From: an uncultured bacterium
Lineage (GTDB): Bacteria; Armatimonadota; Hebobacteria; CAYNSX01
DNA length: 64,000 nucleotides
Direction of reading: 5' to 3'
NCBI GenBank assembly: GCA_964400165.1
Contig: CAYNSX010000004.1
Span: forward strand, 5,380 to 69,379
Shown here: in pieces, positions 52,706-62,564 of the stretch
Layout of the letters: each line of letters starts with the position of its first letter
Numbering within the stretch: position 1 is the stretch's first letter
Notes under the pieces: model-generated
What the model was told of the DNA's origin: nothing
Seen by the model: only the letters and a program-made list of their open reading frames with translations
The model's database searches: none
Made by a program: the position numbers and the translations under genes

Positions 52706-55700
52706 TCAGAGGGGCAGTTGCGCCGCCCGCGTAATGAAAACTGCCATTTGGGCGCGGGTAACGATGTTCGCCGGCTTATATGTGCCGTCCGGGAATCCGG
52801 CTGTAATGCCCTTGCTGACGATGTATTCGATGAACTTGTAGGACGGGTGCGCGCACGAGACATCCGAGAAGCGCTCGCTGCCGCACGCTGGGGGAGTGAA
52901 AGCAGCAAGGTCGAGGTCGGCCAGGTCGCGCACGCGCGCAAGGAACACTGCCATCGCGCCGCGGCTGACGAAGTTGCCCGGTTTGTAGGTGCCATCCGGA
53001 AAGCCCGCGGCAATCCCCTTGCTGACAATGTACTCGATGAATTTGTAGGACGGGTGAGTGCACGAGAGATCGGAGAAGGTCTCACTGGCGCACGCTGGCG
53101 GCGCGAAAGAAGCGAAGTCGCCAAGCGTCAAATTTGCTGCCCGCGCCATGAAGACCGCCATCGCGCTGCGACTGACCATGCTGTCGGGGTGAAAGGAGCC
53201 GTCAGGGAACCCAGAAGCGATGGCGGCACGCGATACGGCTTCAATGAATTGGAATGCCCAGTAGCCGCAGGGGACATCGGAGAAGGAGTCGGCAGTTTGC
53301 TTCACAGCGTAGGAGACCGTGTCTTCCGAGGTCAGGCCACCCCAATCGGTGACGCGCAGCCGCACCGTGGTGACGCCAAGCGGCAACTCTATGACCTTGC
53401 GCTCGCCTTGCTCGTCAACGGTACCATCGTTTCCGAAATCCCACTCGAAGAAGGCAATGTTGTCGTTCGTGTGGGGCAGCGAGTCGAAGTCGGACGACCG
53501 CGTCCCATCGAGGAGTATTGTGCCAGCGGTCGCCTGGCAGCCGACGACGGTCGTCACATCGGGGCCGGCATCCGCTATCGGCTGCCGGTTCCCGCCCACC
53601 GCGACGAAGACCTCGCGTTGCAGCGCAGAATCGCGACCGAATCCGTTCGACACAGTGATCAGGGCCTCGCCGGAGTCAACAGCGGTGACAAGGCCGTCCG
53701 AAGTCACGGTGGCCACGGTCGGATCGGAAGTGGCAAACGACGTGCCGGTCGTCGTATCTGTCAGGTCGCGCCATAGCTGATCATTGAAGAGGCCCGTCAC
53801 TTGGAGCGGTTGGCTCTCTCCCATGTTTGCAAAGCGGATCGCGTCGGGCTGCACGACCAGATCAGCAAGGATCGCGTTTGGCATAGCGGTGACTGTGACC
53901 GCGGGGGAAGTGACCAGCGAACCATCTGCCAGCTGCCCCGCGGCCGAGATGGTGATGGGGCCGGAAGCGTTCGCCGATACCTGGTATGAAACAGTCCACG
54001 GGCTGCTCCCGGCCGGGTCGAGGACGACCGTGTCGTCGACTCCGAGCACGACCAGGCTTTGAGGCGCGATCCCATTGTCAGCGACGACCGTTACACTCAC
54101 GCTGCTGCCGCTTTCGACTTGCGTCCCCCCCAATGGGGCCGTGATATGCAATTGCCCATGCGAGGAGGGCCGCAACCTCGACGTGCCGGACACTGCACGC
54201 GGGGCCGCGCTCAACCTGGATAGGGCTGATGGTGCTGGTGGGAATGCGAAGGTCGCGGTATAGCTCGGGGTGTTGAGCAGCGCAAGAACGCGATCCCGGT
54301 ACACCGGGCTCGTTGTGTTCGCGGGGTGATTGAAGTCGCAGCCCTGAAACACATCGTACGCTCCGGACGGAAGCCCTCCCCGCTGGCTGTATGCGGACAC
54401 GATCCCATCGCTCGATGCACCTGAGAACACCGTATCCCATACCCCACACGCCGTATCCACGCCGCCGGCAGCGCATAGTGACCAGGTCTTAATGGCAAAG
54501 GAAAAGAAAACCCTCGCGTCAATGGAAAGACAGAACAACGCTTCACAGCCAAATCCGGCGTGCCCAATGAGCGCGTGAGTGGGGATTCCAGTCGCGCCCA
54601 TGTCCAAAATAGCCCGATTGCCAGGGACAAGGTCGTTCACTGCGCCCTGGTCGATTGGCAATCCTGCCTGGGCCATCAGCCAAGTCAGATATTCGCCGCA
54701 TAGCAAATGATTATCACGCATGTCGACGAGAGCGAGGGCGAGTCCTGACCCGAAGTGAGGGGTGTCAAGCGTAATGAGCTTGTGAACATCGCCCTGCATG
54801 AGGTTATCTCGGCGCCGGTATTCGGGCTGGTTGAAATACACCCGCGTCAGGACGCCGCCCATACTGTGTCCCACAATATCGGCGCCCATGACAGCGACTC
54901 CCGGGCGCCGCAGCTTGAACAGCGCAATTGCTTGAGCCACCGCGGTTCTCGGGACCAGAGCATTGGCAGCGAAGGAGAGCGCACTGCCTCGAGTGGAGGG
55001 ATCGTTGTCGGAATCCCCGTCGTAGTCCGCGATCCACATCACGAATCGGGAATCTTGTATGAATGATGTAAAGAACGGTGCCTGACCTTGAGACCAAGTG
55101 TCCGCGTTGGACCAGACACCATGGAGCAGTACCACCGGAGGGCGGTGAATTTCGATGGATGTGTCCGGAAGCGTTTGTGCAGAGCCTCCCGCCGGATAGA
55201 AAGTCGCGTGCAACACGACACTGCGGGTGGCGCGAAATGCGTCGCCGGGCGCGCTCATGCGCACGAAGTCGGCCGGCGCCCGGTAATAGGCAAAGGCGAA
55301 TTTCCCCCGCGAGGTGTTCACCACCGGCACTGTCAGCGCCAGTCGTGGGTCGGAGCGATTGGCGAAGTACAGGCCGCCGCCCTCGTTAGTGTTCGCCTCA
55401 TTCTGGACTGCAAAAGCCACCGTCCCGTCGGCGGTAGCCGGCAAGCGCAAGAGCACTGTCGCTTGACCGTCCGCCGCGACGCCACGTCGCGGGCCGCCGC
55501 CGACGGCTAACACCTCGGCGGCAGTGACGGTATTGCCGGTGCTGCCAACGAACTCCGGCCAGGCGTCGAGCCGCTGGACGGGTCCGCGAACTGCGCGATT
55601 CGGACCGGTCGTGAATGCTACCGTGGCGTAGTTGGAATAGCCGACCGGGTAGTCGTAGTACAAGGCAGTGCCCGTCACGAACACGGTCGCCCCATCGGGG

Positions 55701-57064
55701 CTGACAGCGAGCGCCGTATTGGTCTCCCAGTTCGAATGTGTCTCCCACAGCTGCTTCCCGGTGGCGGTGCTGTAGGCGACGGTGGCGAAGGCGTCGACGG
55801 GGCCTCCACGGGTGATCCCCGTCACTAACACAGCCCTACCATCCGGGCTGACGGCCATCGCACTCGACAGCCCCAGCGCCGTGTCGATGTACCGCGCCTC
55901 CCAGCGCTGCGTGCCAGTGGCAGCGTCGTAAGCAACGGTGGCGCAGTCGGATTTCCAGTTGAAACTATTCACCCAGAACCCCGCCGAGGACCCCGTCACG
56001 AACACGTTCGCCCCGTCCGGGCTGACTGCGGCGTCGATCGCCTGGTCGTGCCAATTGATAGGTCCGTCGTAGCGCGACTCCCACAGTTGCGCACCAGTGG
56101 CCGCGCTGTAGGCGAGAGTGACGTAGTCGTAGTCGGGGTCCGGGCCGCCGCCCAAAACGGATCCCACCACGAAAACTATCGCCCCGCCCGGGCTGGCAAC
56201 GATGGCGGCCACGAACGCTCCCCCAAAGTCCTCCCCGCAGTAGTGGGCCACCGGAATCGTCGGCAACTCCGTCCACAGTAGGGCCCCGTTTGCGGCGTTC
56301 AAAGCCACGGTGCTGATACATGAACCACTCCCCGTCACGAACACCGCCCCCCCGTCAGGGCTGACGGCGATGGCTTTCCCCGGACTCGTAATATAGGCGT
56401 CATTGACTTGCGCCTGCCAGCGCTGCGCGCCGGAAGCGGCGTTGTAAGCGACGGTGGTTAATCCCCCGACCCCGGTGATGAACACGGTTGCCCCGTCCGG
56501 GCTGACGGCGAGGACCTTTTCAGGACTGAGGCCCTGATTCGGCCCCTGGGTCCCATTTTCGTACCGCGCCTCCCAGACTTGCGCGCCGGTGGCAGCGCTG
56601 TAAGCGAGAGTGACGTGATCCCAGCCGGGATCCGCGACGCTTTTCGAAGTCCCCGTCACGAAAACTGTCGCCCCGTCCGGGCTGACGGCGGCGGCCACCG
56701 CTCGGTCGTCCGCATTGTTCGGCCCGTTGTAGCGCGACTCCCACAATTGCGCGCCGGTGGCAGCGTCGTAGGCGACGGTGTCGTAGTCGGGGTCACCGCG
56801 GTTTTCATCGTTTGCCCAGTACGACCCCGTCACAAAAACAGTAGCACCGCCGGAGCTGACGGCGACGGCGGTCGCGCCTTCAAAGCGGTGGGTCTCCGAC
56901 AGCACATCCCAGAGCACCGATACCGGCCCTTCAAGTGTGTATGTGCCCTGGAGGCCACTGCCCATGGCCGGCGCCGGGGCGCGGGTCAACAGCCCCAAAG
57001 ACCCCAGCAGAACCACTCCGGCCGCGAAGAGCCGTGGTATGCGCTGCGCCCGGTAGCCCCTCAT
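52706..57064 (-). CDS. giant S-layer-homology (SLH) anchored multidomain protein (1452 aa): SBBP-type beta-propeller repeats, alpha/beta-hydrolase (lipase-like), Big_2, PKD, and 3 C-terminal SLH domains
   Basis: About 9 repeats of ..SPDGATVFVTG..YDxVTLAYSAATGAQLWE.RY..; lipase-like ..LLHGVWSNADTW..GHSMGGVLTRVYF..; PKD ..PIADAGPDVTTVVG..; Big_2 ..DSGEALITVSNGF... Three SLH motifs: FSDVPCGYWAFQFIEAVS..GFPDGSFHP, FSDLSCTHPSYKFIEYIVSKGIAAGFPDGTYKP and FSDVSCAHPSYKFIEYIVSKGITAGFPDGTYKP. The start is set at M404 of the track ORF (signal peptide MRGYRAQRIPRLFAAGVVLLGSLGLL); the upstream 403 Arg-rich codons overlap the next gene. Confidence 0.7.
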   Translation of the reverse strand: MRGYRAQRIPRLFAAGVVLLGSLGLLTRAPAPAMGSGLQGTYTLEGPVSVLWDVLSETHRFEGATAVAVSSGGATVFVTGSYWANDENRGDPDYDTVAYDAATGAQLWESRYNGPNNADDRAVAAAVSPDGATVFVTGTSKSVADPGWDHVTLAYSAATGAQVWEARYENGTQGPNQGLSPEKVLAVSPDGATVFITGVGGLTTVAYNAASGAQRWQAQVNDAYITSPGKAIAVSPDGGAVFVTGSGSCISTVALNAANGALLWTELPTIPVAHYCGEDFGGAFVAAIVASPGGAIVFVVGSVLGGGPDPDYDYVTLAYSAATGAQLWESRYDGPINWHDQAIDAAVSPDGANVFVTGSSAGFWVNSFNWKSDCATVAYDAATGTQRWEARYIDTALGLSSAMAVSPDGRAVLVTGITRGGPVDAFATVAYSTATGKQLWETHSNWETNTALAVSPDGATVFVTGTALYYDYPVGYSNYATVAFTTGPNRAVRGPVQRLDAWPEFVGSTGNTVTAAEVLAVGGGPRRGVAADGQATVLLRLPATADGTVAFAVQNEANTNEGGGLYFANRSDPRLALTVPVVNTSRGKFAFAYYRAPADFVRMSAPGDAFRATRSVVLHATFYPAGGSAQTLPDTSIEIHRPPVVLLHGVWSNADTWSQGQAPFFTSFIQDSRFVMWIADYDGDSDNDPSTRGSALSFAANALVPRTAVAQAIALFKLRRPGVAVMGADIVGHSMGGVLTRVYFNQPEYRRRDNLMQGDVHKLITLDTPHFGSGLALALVDMRDNHLLCGEYLTWLMAQAGLPIDQGAVNDLVPGNRAILDMGATGIPTHALIGHAGFGCEALFCLSIDARVFFSFAIKTWSLCAAGGVDTACGVWDTVFSGASSDGIVSAYSQRGGLPSGAYDVFQGCDFNHPANTTSPVYRDRVLALLNTPSYTATFAFPPAPSALSRLSAAPRAVSGTSRLRPSSHGQLHITAPLGGTQVESGSSVSVTVVADNGIAPQSLVVLGVDDTVVLDPAGSSPWTVSYQVSANASGPITISAAGQLADGSLVTSPAVTVTAMPNAILADLVVQPDAIRFANMGESQPLQVTGLFNDQLWRDLTDTTTGTSFATSDPTVATVTSDGLVTAVDSGEALITVSNGFGRDSALQREVFVAVGGNRQPIADAGPDVTTVVGCQATAGTILLDGTRSSDFDSLPHTNDNIAFFEWDFGNDGTVDEQGERKVIELPLGVTTVRLRVTDWGGLTSEDTVSYAVKQTADSFSDVPCGYWAFQFIEAVSRAAIASGFPDGSFHPDSMVSRSAMAVFMARAANLTLGDFASFAPPACASETFSDLSCTHPSYKFIEYIVSKGIAAGFPDGTYKPGNFVSRGAMAVFLARVRDLADLDLAAFTPPACGSERFSDVSCAHPSYKFIEYIVSKGITAGFPDGTYKPANIVTRAQMAVFITRAAQLPL

Positions 57065-57186
57065 GGCTTCAGCCCCCTTGTGGCAAGCCAACATGCCAAT
57101 GCCCTGACTTCGTGCGCGGCGCCTCAATCCCTGCCACCCTGCCCCTGCCCTGCGTAGCCCGGAGGGCGAAGCAGGGTCCCTGGTCC

Positions 57187-59304
57187 CTAGAGTTTGTACA
57201 GCAGGGCGATGTCGGGGACATCCTGCGGGCCGCGCAGCAGAATCTGTTCGAGCCGCAAGAACCGCTCGCTGAACTGCTTGAGGAACGCCTCTTTCGTGAA
57301 GTCCTGCGCCTTGCGGCGCGCGTCGGCGCCAAGTCGGGCTCGCAACGCCGGGTCGCGGATGAGTTGCTGGGTGCGGTCGAGCAGGTCGTCCGTCGAGTTG
57401 AAGAGATAGCCGTTGTCGCCGTGGTCGACGCTCTCCGACAAGCCGCCGCCGTTGAAGACGATGGGCACGGCACCGTTCTGCATCGCCTCGACGGTGGTCA
57501 TCCCGAAGTGTTCGGTCAGGCGCGGGTCGGTCTCGCCCAGGCCGGTCAGATTCCAGAAGATGCCGGCGTTGCGATACAACTCGGCGATGGTCGGTTGCGG
57601 CACATTGGCGTCGACGGTGATGGGCAGGCGCGTCTCCTGCGCGCGCTGCACGACGCGGCGGTAATACGGGTCCTCCGTGTTCGCGCCGCCGGCGATGGCG
57701 AGGCGCCAGCCGTCCTTCACGACGCCCTGGCGCTTGTCGAGTTGCACGAACGCCTCGACGCACTCCAGCTGTTTCTTGTGGCCGGCCCGCTCGAAGCGCC
57801 CGATGGCGATGATGAGCGGCTGCTTCTCGCCGCGCTCGACCGGTGGGAAATCGACGGGCGGATAGAGCCGAAAGTCGGCGAGCAGCCCCCAGCGCAAAAA
57901 GAGGTGCGATTCGCAGAAGCGCGAACTGGCGATGAGCCAGTCGTATTTGTCGGCGAAAAAGTAGTGGTCGCGCGGGAACTCGGGGAAGTGACAGGCGAAG
58001 ATGGAAAACGCCGCCCGCGGGTAAACATGCGCCACCATATTGGCGTTGACGAACACATCGAGGGCTTCGCTGCGCTCGCTGACCAGCGTGAAGATGTTGG
58101 GCACCGGCGGGCGAATGACCGTCGGGTCGATGTGGAAACTGTCGGCGAACGGCGGCAACTCGATCGTCTCGACCGTCGCGCCCTTGAGCGGCAGGTGATA
58201 CCACTGGCGGACGCGGTCGAGGTCGATGGGCTTGTTGACGAGATAGCGCACGGGGTGCCGTTCCAGAATCCAATCGGCGATGGTGGCGAAGTACTTCTGC
58301 CCGCCGCCTGGGTAGTGGAAGGCGCGGTCGTAGATGCCCACTTCCAGGTGCGGTGACTTCGACAGCCAGCGCCGCACGCGCGTCACCAGCCGGACACCCT
58401 CATCGAAACCGAAGTGCCGAATGACCAAGTCCGCCGCCGCCCGCGCCACCGGCTCCGCTTTCGCGCCATGCGCCTTGAAGAGTTTCACCACGCCCTCGGC
58501 GAGCGACCAGAGCAGCGTGTAGCGCTCACCGGTGATGAACGCATGCGTGCGCGGGATCATCTCGACGAATCGGTCGGGGCGGTGGCGGGCGAGCCACAGG
58601 AAGCGGTTGCGATTCATCAGCCGCGCGCAGAGTTGGGAGGAGGCGGTGCCGTGGAATTCGTGGTAACTGACCAGGTCGGGGTAGAACCAGAGTTCGCCGC
58701 CCGCCTCGGTGAGGCGGAAGCCGAGGTCGATGTCCTCGGCGTACATCACATAGTCCTCGTCCACCCCGCCGATGGCGTCGAGCGCCGCTTTGCGGTAGAT
58801 AGCGCAGCCGTTGGTGACGGCCTTGCGCGGCGCGGGGGCGTCGTATTGGCCGCTGTCGCGCTCGCTGAAGCCGACATCACGTCCGTAGAAGTCGGAGTCG
58901 AGTTCGCAGCCGCAACTGTTGAGGATGCCGCGCCGCCGCTCGAAGAAGATCTTCCCCTGCAGGCCGGCACATTTCGGCTCTTGTTCGAAGTGCCGGACCG
59001 CACGCTCCAGCCAGGGCGGATCGAGATACATATCGTTGTTGAGGAAGAGAACGAGCGGGGCGTGCGCCAGCGCGGTGCCGGTGTTCAGCGCGCGGGCGAA
59101 GTTATTACGATCGGCGGCCTGCGCGCGCACCTGCGGGTATTGCTGTTGCACGAACTCGAGCGAGCCGTCGCTGGACCCGGTATCGAGCAGGATGATGTCG
59201 ATGCCGGCGGCGGGCAGCGTCTGTTGCGCCAGGCACTGCATCACCCGGGGGAGGAACTGGCGGCCGTTGTAATTGACGATGACGACGGAGACCTGCGGCG
59301 TCAT
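57187..59304 (-). CDS. bifunctional glycosyltransferase (N-terminal GT2 fused to C-terminal GT4/group-1 domain)
   Basis: N-terminus MTPQVSVVIVNYNGRQFLPRVMQCL..DGSLEF....FLNNDMYLDP (GT2 DxD-type). C-terminus ..LIIAIGRFERAGHKKQLECVEAF........FGMTTVEAMQNGAVPI.. (GT4 E-x7-E region). Confidence 0.7.
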   Translation of the reverse strand: MTPQVSVVIVNYNGRQFLPRVMQCLAQQTLPAAGIDIILLDTGSSDGSLEFVQQQYPQVRAQAADRNNFARALNTGTALAHAPLVLFLNNDMYLDPPWLERAVRHFEQEPKCAGLQGKIFFERRRGILNSCGCELDSDFYGRDVGFSERDSGQYDAPAPRKAVTNGCAIYRKAALDAIGGVDEDYVMYAEDIDLGFRLTEAGGELWFYPDLVSYHEFHGTASSQLCARLMNRNRFLWLARHRPDRFVEMIPRTHAFITGERYTLLWSLAEGVVKLFKAHGAKAEPVARAAADLVIRHFGFDEGVRLVTRVRRWLSKSPHLEVGIYDRAFHYPGGGQKYFATIADWILERHPVRYLVNKPIDLDRVRQWYHLPLKGATVETIELPPFADSFHIDPTVIRPPVPNIFTLVSERSEALDVFVNANMVAHVYPRAAFSIFACHFPEFPRDHYFFADKYDWLIASSRFCESHLFLRWGLLADFRLYPPVDFPPVERGEKQPLIIAIGRFERAGHKKQLECVEAFVQLDKRQGVVKDGWRLAIAGGANTEDPYYRRVVQRAQETRLPITVDANVPQPTIAELYRNAGIFWNLTGLGETDPRLTEHFGMTTVEAMQNGAVPIVFNGGGLSESVDHGDNGYLFNSTDDLLDRTQQLIRDPALRARLGADARRKAQDFTKEAFLKQFSERFLRLEQILLRGPQDVPDIALLYKL

Positions 59305-59729
59305 GAGTCCTCACGCCGCAGTTGGCGCTCCAATTTGGCGATGCGGTCTTCGAGCACGGCGATGCGGTCGAACATATAGAAGTTCAACCGTTCCTGCGTC
59401 GCCAGCGATTTCAGCATGAACAGTTGCACCTTGCCGAGCAGCCGAGTCAGCGCCGCCTGAATCAGGCGGCCGACCGGGCCCGGCTTGGTCGTGCGGGTGA
59501 TTTCGTAATCGAACTTATCCGTCAGTTTGAAGTCGGAAATCAGGTCGGAGGTGCGGGTCATCTGTGCGGGGCGCTGGGTGCGCACATACTCGCCGAGGGA
59601 CTGCACGAACGCCTCGGCCTCCGCGGCGGGGCGAGGAGGCGAGACGACGCCGGGAGCGGATGTCGTCGGGGGGGTCTGCGCGGGGTCGGGAATGAAGCGA
59701 TTATAGGAATCGCCTGCGCGCGGCGTCAA
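59301..59729 (-). CDS. hypothetical protein (Pro-rich N-terminus, coiled-coil C-terminus), translationally coupled to the GT2-GT4 gene
   Basis: ATGA overlap with the downstream gene. ..DRIAVLEDRIAKLERQLRRED.. is heptad-like. No family recognised. Confidence 0.35.
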   Translation of the reverse strand: MTPRAGDSYNRFIPDPAQTPPTTSAPGVVSPPRPAAEAEAFVQSLGEYVRTQRPAQMTRTSDLISDFKLTDKFDYEITRTTKPGPVGRLIQAALTRLLGKVQLFMLKSLATQERLNFYMFDRIAVLEDRIAKLERQLRREDS

Positions 59730-59759
59730 CGGCGGCGTCGTTTGGGGCTAGCGCGGCGG

Positions 59760-59771
59760 TTGGTACAATCC
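59760..59771 (+). promoter_or_regulatory. extended -10 promoter element TTGGTACAATCC upstream of the GT4 gene, followed by a small 5'-UTR hairpin CGCTTG-tcgg-CAAGCG and the RBS GGGAGG
   Basis: Same 12-mer as upstream of tRNA-Leu (4240-4251). Confidence 0.35.
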
Positions 59772-59804
59772 GCTTGTCGGGCAAGCGACCAAGCGGGAGG
59801 GCGC

Positions 59805-61163
59805 ATGCGCGTCGTGATGGCCATCCGGCCGGATTACCTGACGCGGCCGGGCGGCGACACCGTGCAATTGCTGCGGACGCGCGAGGCCTTGGTGCGCGCG
59901 GGGGTCGCCGTCGATGTCGTCACGGAGATGCCGGACTCGCTGCGCGAGTTCGACCTGGTCCACTGTTTCAATCTGACGCGCCCGCACGACGCCCTTCGGC
60001 ACGCCTGGCGCGCCCAGGCCGCCGACCGCCCCGTCGCCCTCTCCACGATCTACTGGGACATGGAAGAACTGTGGCAGCGCGGCAACCCGTTCCGCGCCGC
60101 GCCGCCGCACCAGGCCAACTGGGACGCGATGACCGCCGCGCACCTGGCGCTGTTGCACGCGCAGGCGCATGCGGTGGTGACGATGAGCGACTGGTTCCTG
60201 CCCAATTCGCGCGCCGAGGGGCAGCGCGTCTCCGAGCGCCTCGGCGCGCCCGCCGACCAGCAGACCGTCGCGGTGCTCGGCGTCGACCCGCTGTTCTTCG
60301 CCGGCGATGCGGCGCGCTTCGAGCAGGCGCACGGGCTGCGCGATTTCATTCTCTGCGCCGGCCGCCTCGACCACCGCAAGAATCAGGAAGCGCTGCTGCA
60401 CGCGCTGCGCGGCACGGACCTGCCGCTGGTGCTGGCGGGCGACGCGGCGGACGAGGCCTATGCGGCGCGCTGCCGCGCCGCGGCCTGGGAGGGCGTGCGC
60501 TTCCTGCCCGCGCTGGAGCCGGCGCAACTGGCCGACGCCTTCGCCGCGGCGCGCGTCCACGCGCTGCCGAGTTGGTATGAGACGCCGGGGCTGGCCAATC
60601 TGGAGGCCGCCGCGGCCGGGTGCGCGCTGGCCGTCACGGCCCGCGGGAGCGCCCGCGAGTACTTCGGTGACGCGGCGCACTATTGCGACCCGGGCGACCC
60701 CGATTCAATCCGCACCGCGGTGCTGGCTGCCTGGGAAGCGCGGCCCGACCCCTCGCTCGCCGAACTGGTGCGCACTCGCTACACCTGGGATGCCGCCGCC
60801 GAACAGACCCGCACCGGCTACGAGCGGGCGATGGCCGCGCACCCGAGCGGGCCGGTCGAACAGGCGGGCGCGTGGATGGCGCGCGGCGGCGCGCTGCTCG
60901 CCATGGACGAGGCGTGGCAGCAGTACCACGATGCGGAACGCGCCTATCTGTCCGAGTACGCCGAGTTCCTGCGCGTGGCGCCGGAACAGTTGCAGGCCGA
61001 GATCGCGGCACGCGGTGAGCAAGTGCTGGCCTTGCAGCAGCGCATCGACGAATTGCACGCGGACTTGAAGGAGCGCGAGGCGTTCATCGCCAAAGTGCGG
61101 CGCAACCCCGCCTACCGGGTGCTGCACGCGCTGCGCCGCCTGACCGGCGGCGGGCGCGACTAG
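59805..61163 (+). CDS. GT4 (group-1) glycosyltransferase with C-terminal coiled-coil extension
   Basis: ..FILCAGRLDHRKNQEALLHAL....HALPSWYETPGLANLEAAAAGCALAV.. The start ATG is preceded by GGGAGG; the upstream part of the track ORF is an artefact. Confidence 0.7.
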   Translation: MRVVMAIRPDYLTRPGGDTVQLLRTREALVRAGVAVDVVTEMPDSLREFDLVHCFNLTRPHDALRHAWRAQAADRPVALSTIYWDMEELWQRGNPFRAAPPHQANWDAMTAAHLALLHAQAHAVVTMSDWFLPNSRAEGQRVSERLGAPADQQTVAVLGVDPLFFAGDAARFEQAHGLRDFILCAGRLDHRKNQEALLHALRGTDLPLVLAGDAADEAYAARCRAAAWEGVRFLPALEPAQLADAFAAARVHALPSWYETPGLANLEAAAAGCALAVTARGSAREYFGDAAHYCDPGDPDSIRTAVLAAWEARPDPSLAELVRTRYTWDAAAEQTRTGYERAMAAHPSGPVEQAGAWMARGGALLAMDEAWQQYHDAERAYLSEYAEFLRVAPEQLQAEIAARGEQVLALQQRIDELHADLKEREAFIAKVRRNPAYRVLHALRRLTGGGRD

Positions 61164-62512
61164 GCCAGCGCCGAGCGCCCGTCGGCGCCGGGGAGCGTGA
61201 CGCCCGCCAGCGCCGCGACCGTGGCGCCGACATCGTGCAGCATTATCAGCCCGTCGCGCAGCCGCCGCCGGCGGACATACAGGAACGCATCGTCCACCGA
61301 ATGCATCCCCGAGAACGCCCCTTGGGCGAACACCTGGCCGCTCGGGTGGGTGCCGCGCAGGTCATAGCCGCGCTGCCAGTCGGGCAGCAGGTCGGCCGCG
61401 AGGTGGGCATAGGGACCTTCGTACGCTTCCGCGCCGCGGCGCACGCCGGCGAAGATGGTCTCGCCGCGTTCGGGGTGCGTCCACGCCGCCAGTGCCCCGC
61501 CTAACTGCTCCATCACCGTTTCGTACTCTGTGCTCGGAACTTCGCCTGTCGCTTCGCGTCCCCGCAAGTTCACATACACGCGCCCGCCGGCCAGCGCATA
61601 CGCCCGAGTGCCCGCCGCCGGGTCGAGTGTGCCCGGATTGTGGCGCGGGCCGGCGACGAACCAGCCCTGCTCGCGCAGCCAGTCGTTGACATAGACCTCC
61701 GCATGCAGGCGGCAGAAGCCGTGGTCGGCGAGCAGCGCCAGTTCCGTGCCCGCATCGAAGCGCTCGAGCGTCTGCCCGATGTATCGGTCAATCTGCCGAT
61801 AGGTTTCGAGGAAATAGTCAAAGCCCCAGCCCGACTGCGCTTCCCAGTCGGCCCAGAAAAAGTGGTGGAGCAGGTCGGTCTCCTTGCAGACACACAGCAC
61901 CGCGTCCCACGGCTCGGCATCGAGCAGCCCGAGGAACGCGCGGAAGCGCCCGTCGATGACCTGCGTCAATTGCCGGGCGAAGGCGGCGCGGTCTTGATGC
62001 CCCAAGTGCACATCGGCATCCACGATGTAGCCCCACTCTTCCAAGCGCGGCAGATATGACGCCGGGAAGGTCGCCTTCTCCAGGTTGGGCGCTTCGAAGC
62101 CGGCGATGAGCAGGCCGTTCACCGGCTGCGGCGGATAGTTGCCCGGGCAGTTGAGGACGAGTACGCGCCCGCCGGCGCGGCTGATCGGTTCCCACCACGG
62201 CGGCGCTTTGCGGTCGGCGGTGGTGGGGATGAATGTCTCGAGCGGATTCGGGCGGCGGTCGATGAACCCGAAGATGCCGTGCCGGCCCGGGTTGCAGGCG
62301 GTGGCGAACGAAGTCCACGCCACCGACGAGAGCGGGGGCCGCGACGAGTGCGTCTGCTTGCAGTCGCCCGTAACGAGCAGCGCCGCCAGATTCGGGCAAT
62401 ATCCGCCGTCCGTCAGCGTTTTCAACAGTGGAAACGGCGTCCCATCGAGGCCGATCACGGCGAGCCGGGGCGGCCGCTGGCGGGGCTTGGGAGAGGAAGC
62501 GGGGGCGCTCAT
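61160..62512 (-). CDS. alkaline-phosphatase-superfamily (type I phosphodiesterase / nucleotide pyrophosphatase-like) protein
   Basis: ..LAVIGLDGTPFPLL........SSRPPLSSVAWTSFATACNPGRHGIFGF.. (metal-ligand Asp and the nucleophile-region pattern of PF01663). The start is M30 of the track ORF (the track M1 is a GTG). Confidence 0.6.
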   Translation of the reverse strand: MSAPASSPKPRQRPPRLAVIGLDGTPFPLLKTLTDGGYCPNLAALLVTGDCKQTHSSRPPLSSVAWTSFATACNPGRHGIFGFIDRRPNPLETFIPTTADRKAPPWWEPISRAGGRVLVLNCPGNYPPQPVNGLLIAGFEAPNLEKATFPASYLPRLEEWGYIVDADVHLGHQDRAAFARQLTQVIDGRFRAFLGLLDAEPWDAVLCVCKETDLLHHFFWADWEAQSGWGFDYFLETYRQIDRYIGQTLERFDAGTELALLADHGFCRLHAEVYVNDWLREQGWFVAGPRHNPGTLDPAAGTRAYALAGGRVYVNLRGREATGEVPSTEYETVMEQLGGALAAWTHPERGETIFAGVRRGAEAYEGPYAHLAADLLPDWQRGYDLRGTHPSGQVFAQGAFSGMHSVDDAFLYVRRRRLRDGLIMLHDVGATVAALAGVTLPGADGRSALA

Positions 62513-62564
62513 CGGGGCGTATGGTACGGGTTTCGACCAGCCGGTGCGATACCATCGGAGGCGG

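Noticed and set aside
57065-58273. N-terminal 403 codons of the 1855-aa track ORF
   Set aside because: The Arg-rich extension overlaps the same-strand GT2-GT4 gene (57187-59304). The real start is the internal Met followed by a signal peptide at 57064.
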